Shown here piece after piece: positions 13,467 to 25,270 of a DNA stretch of 64,000 nucleotides. Position numbers and translations under genes: made by a program. The stretch is from the human T2T-CHM13v2.0 reference genome, Homo sapiens. The stretch lies in the NCBI RefSeq assembly GCF_009914755.1, contig NC_060931.1. One strand, given 5' to 3'. The notes beneath the pieces were generated by a model. That model ran no database searches. It worked only from the letters and a program-made list of their open reading frames with translations, and was not told the origin of the DNA. Position 1 is the first letter of the stretch, and each line of letters starts with the position of its first letter.

Positions 13467-16324
13467 CATAGGTAGTATTTTTTTTAAAACATCGTTGTGT
13501 TGTGCTTAACATTGATTGATAAAGGAATGTGCTTTTAACATCTCCTTAAAAGGTCCCTTAGATTTCCTCTAGATAAAAGAATTAGTAATTTCATCTGCAA
13601 CACATACAATTTTTTTTAATTTTATAAAATTTAGTTAAATGTTTGTTTTACACTGACTATGGAAACAGCACTATTTTAGATACAGAAAGAAATCAATAAA
13701 CATAGCCTGTGTTCACAATTCACTCATCCTTTTGTTATAAAAAGACTTGAAATTAGGGTTATGTTTTAACATGAAAACAAAATTTAGCCTTAGCTTTTAT
13801 CCATCTTAACTTTAGAAATTATATTTATGCATTGTTTATAGATCATTGTCATTCGTTGTTGCTTAAGTGTTCATCTGATTTTATATTTATGATGTTAAAA
13901 ATAGACTGCTGACCAATAAATAATAAAATATTTACACTCCATTCTATTTCCCTGTATTCACATCCTATTAATGAAAACCACTGGTTTTAAACAAAGTTAC
14001 TTATTTCATAAAACTCACCACTATTTTACTTGATTCTCAATATGAGAATATTTCATGACTATTTCACCAAAATTTATTCAAGGAATTCAGAAGGACTCTC
14101 CAGCAGAGCAGAATATTTACATCATTAAATTTTTAAAAAAATTTAAAAATGGCAATTGAAACTTGTTTAAGAGACTCAACTTGGAGTTTCCTGACATACG
14201 AAGGCAGAATCATTTTTTCTACCTGTCTGAATCAGCACTTTGTAAGTTTACATAAAATTAAGGATTGTGATTTCTAAGATAGGCATGCTTTGCAAATATT
14301 TCTCTATAAAAGTGGAAGCCTCTTTCCCATAGTGCTCACTTTAAGGCTTTCTGTAGGCCTGCCGATAAGATTCACTGCTGTTCAGGTACATAAGATGTAA
14401 TGTAATTGGATGCACATGCTGGGCTTTGTAAATAAAATGAGATTGACACCCAGCAATTATCTCATTTATCTGATTTACATTGTAAAATCAGGATCTACAC
14501 TATTGATTAGAGCATAATTAGTTAATTATGAACAGGGAAATACAAAGTTACATGGAGCTTGAGCTCAGCAGGTTGTACTGCTGAAAAATTTCCAAGGGCA
14601 TGAGCAGATGGAAATCAGTTTATTAAAGAACAAAGCAGACATGTTTCAGGTATGGAAATGTCTAATTCTTCTCTCATGCTGTGAAGAGTTGCTTGACCTT
14701 ATTGTGTATTTTTATATGAATTGTTTTGTCTCATCTTTCATTTTCTTGTTTCACATTTAATCTTGTAATCTGGCTGCCACAGATATAGCTAACTGAATTG
14801 ATCCCACTCTTTAAGTGACTATTAAATACAGATTTGGATTTGGATATTTTTCTAATTTTTTAAAATTAATTTTTATGTGTAAAGAATATTTTTGTCTTTC
14901 TTACTACCCATTCATTCATTATTGGCTGATACAGAAGTCTGTAGTGGTATTAATGAAATAGGTTCAAGCCCTCCACGTTAGTCTTATATTTGTGAAATGA
15001 TTAAAAACCATTTTCTAATTATTTTGTATAGAAACTGCTCATGTAGGTAATTTGCACTAAAATTGTTGTAAATTACAAGGAATAAAATATTGTACTTATT
15101 GATACTAAATGTTATTCCGTATTGGTAGAATGCAGAATTTTGTGCAAGCTTGTATTATTTGTAAAGTGATTTAACTCATTGACCACAATTTGTATTTTCT
15201 CCATCTGTTAAGATGTTTAATCAAAATAATTGGCCACTATTCAATGAAAGAACTCATCGCTACCTGTTAATAGATTTGCGTAGATGTTTGAGCTGCTAGT
15301 GAGATTTTTATTTAAGTAATGACAGTATTCAAGACTAATTTTTTTGAACATTCTTGTGATGGAATTTTTACACAGAAATGAAAAAGTTGGAAAATCCAAC
15401 CCATCAGTTCTCTGGATATTTAGTTTTTTTTAAGTGGACAGACATAATAGTCTATATTTTCAGAGTCCAGTTTTTGTTTTGCTTTATATAAACTTATAGG
15501 GGCTACAAGTAAAATGTTCCATTGGCATAAAAGATAATGTGATTATCACAATCAACTTGATCATAAAAATGTACATCCTTGTTCAAGTCTATGTTATGGA
15601 TTTTGCTTCTTTCTAAAGTTTAGCTTACAAATGGCTATAAATTATTTGCATAGGAGGTGCACTTAATTGTTTCAGTTAGGTTTTAAAAAGTAGTTGTAGT
15701 TTACTCCTCTAATGAAATTAGAGATGTTAAACCCTTTGGAATACTGACTTTTGGCCTCTTAGGCATTCGATGAAATAAATCAGCTGCTTCTTTTTACTTG
15801 TTTGCATATTCTCAATAGTCAGGTAAACACCTGACTAATTGCTTGTTATATGGATCATAGCACATATGAAGGTAAATCATTTTTTTCCCTCTTCTTTGTT
15901 TAGGGTGCTATTCTTAATCATATACTAAGTAAGTATTTTACATACATATAGACTGTGTTTATTTGGTCACTACATTTTGTTAATGGGTAAAAGACCATAT
16001 ATTAAGCTACTTTGTTATTTACATCTATATCTGTTATTAATCTGATAGCTAGGAAGTTGTATTTAGTAAGAATCTAATTAGGTTTGCTTTTATCTTATAA
16101 TTGGGATTCCTTTATGCTCTATAGTGTTAATGTGTACAGTGTTTATTAGAGGCTTAAATGATACTTCTTTAAGCATCCAGTTTTTATTTTATTAAAAAAT
16201 CTTAGTGTTTCTTTACAGGTTAGTTTTGTATTCTTTTTTAATATTTTAAGACATTGCCTTCCTATTTAATAATGTGCTATTCGTATAATAATCTGTTTTT
16301 ATTACATAGACATTTGTGTTATTT

Positions 16325-16330
16325 AATAAA
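16325..16330 (+). terminator. Candidate distal poly(A) signal
   Basis: AATAAA in U-rich context, followed about 25 nt later by a ttttgtgggt GU-rich downstream element. Confidence 0.5.
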
Positions 16331-19300
16331 GTATATTGTGTTATATCCCTATACTTTTGTGGGTCAATGACTGCTTCTGAAAAAGTTTTTTAAAACATTT
16401 TATTCACTATTTATTTTGATAAATTTTGTCCTATATTATGTGCTGCATGTGTTTCCAAGTTTATGTAAGAAATAAAGGTAGAAACCATAAATAGGTCAAT
16501 AACTACTTTAACTCCATTGCAGCTTTTAGGTAGCAGATGATTATAGTCCCTTACGAGTTTTTTTAAATGGTCTAAATTTGCAACATAGCTCAGGGTTTGT
16601 TGGGTGACAGGATTTGATGAAGATTACAAAGTGGTATTTGTGTGTAAAATTAATAAGCCACTATTTTGGCCATCCACATTGTTCTTTGATTTCTTGGGTT
16701 CTTAATGGTATCTCTTATATTTGTCCACAGTTTATTAATTCTTGCAAGTTCTGCTAGAGTTCACTTGTGTCCAGTAAGATGTTTCTGTGATTAGCACATA
16801 GAGCTATGGATTTTTTCAATTCAATATTCTAAGATAGAAACAACAGATTTTTTTCACATTGAAATAATTTTGGGACATCTTTACAAAGATCTTATATTTG
16901 TATATTTGTTTATCACCAAAACTATTGACTTCAAGATTGGATTCTTTTCTTTTTTTCCCCTTCTGTTTTTTGGATTTTGGCAGTTCCTAAGGGTACTACT
17001 ACTTTTTGCTACTTAGTCTTGAAGCTGAAGCTTTTATTTACTTTTGAGTGAGCTAGAACCTCAGAGAACTTGCCTATCACCCCTAATTCTGACAAGCAAA
17101 TTCTTTTTCCTTTGGAATGCATCACAAATACATGAGAGTTCCACATGTCGACTAAGTAATTCTGAAAGGTATCACTAATGAAGGAATCAATCAGCAAGGA
17201 TTAGGTCATTTTTAAATGGCATGTATTTGTTATCTTCTGATAAGCTAGCATATAAAATCTTTCTCTTCCTCTTTTCATTAGTTCTTGAGCTGAAAGATAA
17301 TTTAATTGTACGAGTAGTTGAAATCAGCAACAGATTGGAACTGTGTTAGTGTAGCAAACTTGTTCTTGGTTTATTAGCTGGAATTTCATAGCTATATCAA
17401 CAAGAATTATTTATGTACATTAAGGTGATAAATAATGAATTATGATACACATGCATCATGATAGTTGCCTCAAGTTATACACTAGAAATCATAATTTGAA
17501 AATTATTATGACACAGAGTTATAAAGTAAATATGCAGTAATTAGGTAGTAAATTGATGTGAACTAGGAAAATGTTAATACTTCATCAAGAACTTTGATTA
17601 TTAGCAATCTGAACTCTGGCGCACTACCCAAAAACCTAAAGTTAAGGAGAAAAGACTATAGTTAACAAACAAAATTGAGCCCATTTACTTAACTCAGTAG
17701 CAATTATCATTTTCATGTATTTTTACTGTCAGTTTACATAGCCTCAGTAAGTTTTAGTGGTCTGGTTTCTGAATCCATAACAGATTGTTGTTGGGGAATT
17801 TATGCTTAAGCAAACACACCGAAAATATCAGGAAGCAGTGGCTGATAGTTTTCAGGCAAGTGAGGACCCTGAAAATCTACAAAAATTGAATACAAGAATT
17901 CAAATAGAACAGCTGACTCCTGGTCCTCATTCCAAGGACAAAAGGCTGACACACTGCTAGACCTGTAGCAGCATATGTTATTCTTACTGATGACCTGAGA
18001 TGACAAATATAAATTATATTTAATATGTTTATTTGATGAAACGAGCAATGTGATTTTTAAATTTCGCATCAAAGATGATTAAAACTCCAGTTTTTATGTA
18101 TGAAGGAGTATGCTCTCAGTTATTTAGAAATCTCAGCCTTCTCATAAACTCAGAAATACTTATACTTTGAAGGTTTCTATATCCATAGGTTTAATCGAAA
18201 TTTTGGCTAATGAAAGGTAAATATGTTGTACTGAGAAAGAGCATAAAATTATGTGGGCTTGCCAGTCTCTTTATGTCACATTTGAACTTAGCTTATATTA
18301 TTTATTATTCTTTCTTAATGCCAGAACAACAGGTATTTGAACATTTTAACTGCTTTTAAATATATTTTTAGATGTGTGATATTGTCATAGTAAATAAAGT
18401 ACTGTTGGTCCTATTGGTCCTATTTGATTTTATCTATTCCTGTAGCTAGAACTGTCATAGTAAGCATTTTTTAAAGTCTTGAATCTACAAGGTTTTTGGA
18501 AAAGTACATAAGCTTATTTTATTCATAAGGAGAAAGTTGTAGAGGAAGAAATGCATAAACTTAGGACATTCATTTGTGTTTTAAACTTCTTTATATCTGA
18601 GTAACTTAATTAAGTTGCTTAACTTTTCTGGAACTCTTGATTCCCCAAATGAGTTTTTGGAAGATTGGACTTTTGTATCATAATATGAAATTTCTACTAA
18701 AAATGTAGATTTACAGTCCCTTTTATTATGATGGTTTCTTAAAGTCAATTGTTTTTCTTTGTGTGTTGTTTATGTAAGAAGAGCTTCTTCCCCCTTTTTT
18801 CCTAAAAGGTTATTGAATAGTAGTTTTTAACTTTAATCAAGTAATATATGTTCTATAAATTTTCCCCTTGGTTTCTTAATTGCAGATTTCTTGACATTTG
18901 AAGTTTTAAATCAGTGAAAGATAAACAATAAAGAAAATCTGACAGATTGGTTGAGAAAGTATTATTGTTTAATTTTTTTTAAACTATGAAATGAGGAATG
19001 TAATCCCTTCTATAAGATGTATACTCTTTGTTATTTGTTGTTAAATTTTGGTCTTGTTATTCCAACTGATGCAAAATTCTTTTTACAAAGCACTGAAATA
19101 ATACAGATTTTTCTTCATTGTCAGCAGGATGAGATTGTCTGAAACGAAGAATAGGTATGATAGTTTTCTTAGATTTTGCACATCATAGGTGGCAAAGACA
19201 CTATCAAAACATAAGTTTTTAAATGTACTAGGAAGTACTTTGTAAAACCAAACGGTCTGAAGAAAGTGACAGGTAATTTGTGAGAATAAAACTAAATTAT

Positions 19301-19952
19301 TGGGGTAGTGTCTTACCTCTTTGTATATTTAAATGTTCTGTTTTTTAACATGTAAAGGTTATTTTTATTTGTTGTAGATTGTGTTAGCATGCTATAAATG
19401 TTAGAAAGTTCACTTACAATCTACTTTAACTTGAAGAAAGAGAGAAATCGGGTCCAAATTGTATAGCATTGATTGCAACCTAGTGTAGCCTAGTAGAATT
19501 TCTGAGTTTTAAAATTTTTTAAATAATCAAAATGTATTTTATTGAATTCATATCCTGGAATTATATATGTATCTTATTAAATACTTTAAAATGATTTAAT
19601 GGGCAAATGATTAATTCTTTAAGTTCACAATTGAAATTGTTGTGGTTGTTTTGAACACATGATTATACATATACGTTCATTCATATGCTCTTAATATTTC
19701 TACTGTCAGTGTTCTAAATATTTGTTTTGTTTGTTGATTTTATTGCTGTTGTATTTTGTTTTTGCTAAAACATTTATTTCAGGTTTAGTTTGCCTTTATC
19801 ATCATCATTAATTTAATGATCTTGTGAGCCAAGGATAAAATTAACAGTGTTGAAGTTGAAATATACAATAGTTTGTCTTTTTGTCTTTTCATGAAGTAGA
19901 TGGTTTTTATATTATTTAGATACACCTACCTATAAATCTGTTTACCCTGCAG

Positions 19953-20070
19953 GTGTGATGAATGCAGACTCTGCTACCATTTTGGCTGTTTGGATCCTCC
20001 TTTGAAAAAGTCTCCTAAACAGACAGGCTACGGATGGATATGTCAGGAATGTGATTCTTCATCTTCCAAG
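19953..20070 (+). CDS. PHF14: PHF14 internal coding exon (118 nt): C-terminal part of the last PHD zinc finger
   Basis: Acceptor tttaccctgcag|G and donor AAG|gtaagg. One base plus 39 codons give CDECRLCYHFGCLDPPLKKSPKQTGYGWICQECDSSSSK, the PHD pattern CxxC-x4-HxxC-LxPPL...WxCxxC. I recognise the peptide as PHF14. It is too short to appear in the ORF track. Confidence 0.93.
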
Positions 20071-21099
20071 GTAAGGGGAGAAGTCTATAAGAAAAGGTAT
20101 TGGTGTCCTTCCGTTTGATAGCTTTCCCATGTCACACAATTAGCTTCTTTAAAGATAATTGGAATATGAAGAACCAACATTTTAACCAGTACACCTTAAG
20201 AATATATTGCTATGGTTATTTTCTTGCTCTTAAATTAAGGAAAAAACAACTCTACTAAATTATGTGAATTTTCTCTCTGGAATATTTAGTTGTTTTACGT
20301 ATTCTCTATTATTGTAACATATTAAATAGTGCTCCGAAAGCCCAAACAGATCACTCTCTGCTAACTTAACACACTTGAGAATGGCAGGAAAATTCCACCC
20401 TGAGTCATAATAAATTATGTTAGCTAACAGAATAACCAATTAAATAGAATTTTATAGATGTTTTATTTTAAAATATAATATATTGTAATATCTTATAGAA
20501 TCTGTTCCTTTAAAAAAAAAAACAAAATAGTTTTCATATCCTAAATCTTATTTCTGATATTTATTTTAGCTGAGTAGAATGAAATTTCTATAATCTAATG
20601 TTTAATAGATTATACCCCCAAATCAGTTTGAAAATTACATCTTTTTAATATTAACATTCTAAACTTACATTGTAGTAATACATAGTTTATTTTGTGGTTT
20701 GTTAAAGTGAGTAAGTAAATAGCCAGACTCCTAATGTTTTGACTGATTTGGCAGAAATACTGAATACATTTGAATGAAGACATTCTGGTCAACTGTAGAT
20801 TAATCCGATTTTTCTTTCTCAAAAAAGATGACGAAAATTAACTGTCTGTTGTATTATGGACATCCAGCCATCTTTCTTCAATGCTACTTAAATGATTTTT
20901 TTGGTCCTAGAGTGAATTAAAATTGATCATGTAATCAAAAACATTCTTTTATCATTAACTAAAATGATTTGCTTCAGCTTACCACAGAGGCCTTCTGCAA
21001 AAGTTTATTTATTAAAAACTGCAAAAAGACATTTGGTTATAGAAAGAAACTAAACTTTTTTTAAATATCAGAATTTATTTAAAATTATACACATTTTTT

Positions 21100-21436
<337 letters not shown>

Positions 21437-23639
21437 TTATTTAATAATCAAGCATTTTAACCTAAAATTGTAAACTATATAGTAGCAAGAATTATTTTCC
21501 AGGCATTTTATTAAGGCCTAGATTTAAGAGAGAACATATTTAATTTTAAAGATTTTATTGCACAGTTCAAAAATGTATTCCCAAAATTTTATTTAAATGT
21601 AAAAATAATGAAACACTATGGAGTTTAAATAGTTGTCTTACGAGTCTCTTTAATAAGTTTTTTTAAGTGCATTTTTTGTTTGGGATTTTCTCCTACCCCC
21701 AGCAAACAAGTTAGGAAAACAATTTTTGAAATAGGATTTCCCACCTTTTTTAAATATACCTTTTTGCATATATTCTTTTGAGAAGGCTCAATAATACTAT
21801 AAATATGTAGTATTATGTTAAATGTTAAGTTATACAGTAATGTTGTTAATGAACATTGAAAAGGCAAGGGGGCATATTTTAGATTTGTTTGAAACATTGC
21901 ATACATTTTGTACATGCCATAGGTGCCAGTAGCCATTGGATAAGGTTTTAGTTTTGTTTTCTTCTCTACCACAGAATGGGTCTTTGGACTCTGAGTGGAA
22001 ATGCGTTAGGAAGGCACATTGTTAGAAAACTTGCTTTATATTTGCTGTACTCTGTTTGACCTGTGGTTGAATACCAATATAAACAACTAACATTTTCAAA
22101 ATTTTATAAAATATGGTTTCTAATATTGGAATGTCACAGCAGTTTACTGTAAGGAATGAAACAACAGTGAAATGTATTTGTATTTTCGTTATACTTATAT
22201 GACTTAATATACTACCATTTTCCAATGAAAAATGAAATTTAATATAATATTTAAGCTGAAACTTCCGGAGACTTAATTGATTCCCTTGAATATTTGTGCT
22301 GCATCAGTGGTTTTTCTTACTTTGGAAGACTTCCATTCATGACCAGTGGGTAGTAAATTTCTGTTGGCATTTTCTTCTGAAAGATGTTTGCTAGTATTAC
22401 AGCCTAAGAAGAAAGCATTGATAGATAATGTCATGCTTTATAATTCAGTGAATGCTGCAGAAGCTTTTACATTCGGAAGCTGTATATTATTAACATCCAA
22501 GTCAAGAAAATTAGTGACATCTTAGGGCTTAAAAGAAACCCAGAATGAAAGTTCATATGCTTTGCTTTATCCTTTATTCTCCTACATTTGCTTAGGTGGA
22601 ATATTATTTGCTAGGTAGCACTGGGTATATTTGCCATGTTCATATATTTTAATGAAATGAAAAGCTAAAGGAGAAATACTTATTGCCATAAGAAAGGAAG
22701 TAATCAATTGCAAATAAATTTAGATGGTAAAATGTCTCCAACTTCTTTCTCTGCGGTAGTCATGTTGTTAAGTCCAACAAGTCTTCACTTTTATTTGAAA
22801 TTTTGACTCCCTATTTGTTTTGCCTAGAAGTTTAGATAATACATAGCATGTATAGTTGAATATTTGCTGGAAAAATGAATTGCACTTTAACATTTTGTCT
22901 AAATTCTGTGGACCAGGGGAAACTCTAAAATATTGCTATTTATACTGTCAGCAGCTATTTATATATTACTTTGTCTTTCAAGTAACAAGTTTTTGATATG
23001 GGGTTGTATGAGGGCAAAAATTTCTATCTTTACCCCTGTCTATTACTTTTATAGAAATTCCGTAAGTCTAATAAGATTCATCATATCTGAATTCATAATT
23101 TTTTGTTTTAGCACATGAAAGCGGAAATACACCTAAATATTTAGTTTTAATAATATTGATTTAATAACAATTCACCTAAAAGTAGAAGAATGACCATTTA
23201 TTATACCCATACCCATGAAGTATAGCATGATAAGACTTTCTCTGTCTCATCAACTCTTCATAAACCTAAGTAGTCATTTTGAGTTTCATAAAAAATAGTC
23301 AGTTACATGGACACAAACATATCCACACGTATTTACATACATGGAGGCACAAATATACACACATACAAATACACAGAGACACATACACTCATACACAAAA
23401 CATACCTTCTCGCATAGGCTATGCTTCAAAGCCATTGATTAAGACAGCAGCCACCCAGACAGTGCACTATGCTTATATTCAGTGGAGCTAGTTCATTGCT
23501 ACCTGTCACCCTGCATTAGGGCTTTTTTTTCTTGCCCTTTACTGTGTTGTGAAAATCCTATTGTTAATAAATGCCACATGCCTGGAAAAGAAATGTGTTT
23601 TCTTCTTTCTTAACCTCAACTTTTCTCTTATTTTTCCCT

Positions 23640-23975
23640 TATTTCTTCTTCCATCCGTTCACCCAAGTCACATATCTGGAATCATCCTCAAGCCTTCCCC
23701 ATCCTTATCTCACATAGCAAATCACTTCCTGAGTCCTATAAAAGTTTTCTTCTTTAAATATTTCTCCAGTCTGCTCTTTGCTCCTTTTTTCCACTACTAC
23801 TGTCTTGATTTAGTGCCTCACTTCTTCTCATTCTGTTATGGTTCTTCCTGTTTGAGAAGCTATCTGAATAGATGGGCCAGACTTATCCCCTTTTTAACCA
23901 TTCTGCTTACTAGAGCCCTCTAAATGAAGTGTTTGCCCCACAGTAGATATACAAAATGACTCATTAAATTAATTC
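23640..23975 (+). mobile_element. L2 LINE fragment
   Basis: ccatccgttcacccaagtcacatatctggaatcatcctc resembles the L2 3' region. Confidence 0.55.
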
Positions 23976-24199
23976 TATATAACATCTTTTTAAATTTTCA
24001 TGTTTGAGTCTATTTTCATGATTTAAATAAGCTAGTACTATAGAACAGGTACATAAAACGTCACACATACATATTTATGTTGAGGTGCATACTTAAGATG
24101 TTTTTTCTATTGATTTGCATCATCAAAAATAGCTTTCTGAAAATGTAGTTATCATACCTCTGCTTGAAATCTGTCAGTGTTTTTTCATTCTTCTTCATA

Positions 24200-25270
24200 T
24201 CCAAAATAAAATCAGCCAGATCAGGAAGTTAACATTGCTATATTATTACTGTCTGATCCTCAGATTTCATTTAGGTTTGGCTATTAATCCCAGTAAGGTC
24301 ATTTATGGCAAAAGGATTCGGTATAGAATCACAGGTTACATTTAGTTTTCATATTTCTTTTGTCTTGAATCTGGACAGTTCCTTAGTCTTTCCTTAACTT
24401 TCATTAGCTTGTGACTTTTGAAAATTACAGAGCAGTTATTTTGTAGAATGTATTTCACTGTGCATTTTTCAAATATTTTCTTGTGGTTTAGATTCATTAT
24501 GCATCTTTGATAAGAATACCACAGATGTGATGCTGTGTGCATTCTACACAAAATTTTGATTTGAATTATAGATAATGATGTTATATCTTAGGAGTTGTCT
24601 GCTAGTTTTCTAATTAATTAGTGATTTCTGGGGAAGAACCTTGAGACTATGTAAAAATATCCTATTCCTCATCAAACCTTCATTTTCTGTTTTATTCAGT
24701 GGGGTTATATTGAATGTTATTATTTATTGTTATTTTCAAATTACTACAAATTCAGCTAATGAAAGCCACTTCAAGCTGCCTTCTATATCCTTTTGACATG
24801 ATTCCGCCAATCTTCAGGTACTTTCTTGCCGAAGGTCTTCCAGGCTCAGCTTATCTACTGTCTCTATCTCCATTCCTGGAATCAGCTGTTTCTCCAAGGA
24901 GCCCAGGTTCCTTTTAGTGGAAAACGATATTTAGAAACCAAGATCTGGTGTGGTCATTGTTACTGGGATATTGCTTTTCCCGGTTCTTCTCAGTAGAAAA
25001 AGCCAAGGACTGGATGTAGGTATACGTATTCATACACAGCCACACTTACATCTATATTTTTGCTTTCATAGACATTGAAAACTAATTTTCTTCCTTTTCA
25101 TCTTTGTAAATAACTCCTTTGTAAATAACTCTCTGACAGAAAACTGGCTCCCATTTTCCTTAATGTATACTCTTGTATCATTACTCTCCTGATATGAAAC
25201 CAATCTCTTATCACCCTCTACTCCTGCCCACATGGATACCTACTTTGCTTGTCATTTGATAACTTTTAAA
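24200..25270 (-). mobile_element. L1MC-type 3' end fragment
   Basis: Antisense L1MC-like text: atctggacagttccttagtctttcctt...cagttattttgtagaatgt; ggaatcagctgtttctccaaggagcccaggttccttttagtggaaaacgatatttagaaaccaagatctgg. Confidence 0.75.

Larger units (their letters stand above)
11102..16350 (+). other. PHF14: 3'UTR of the PHF14 short isoform; extent depends on poly(A) site choice
   Basis: U-rich, nearly repeat-free sequence after the stop codon, with AATAAA at 11540, 11839, 12236, 14431 and 16325 among others. The 3' end cannot be fixed from sequence alone. Confidence 0.55.
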
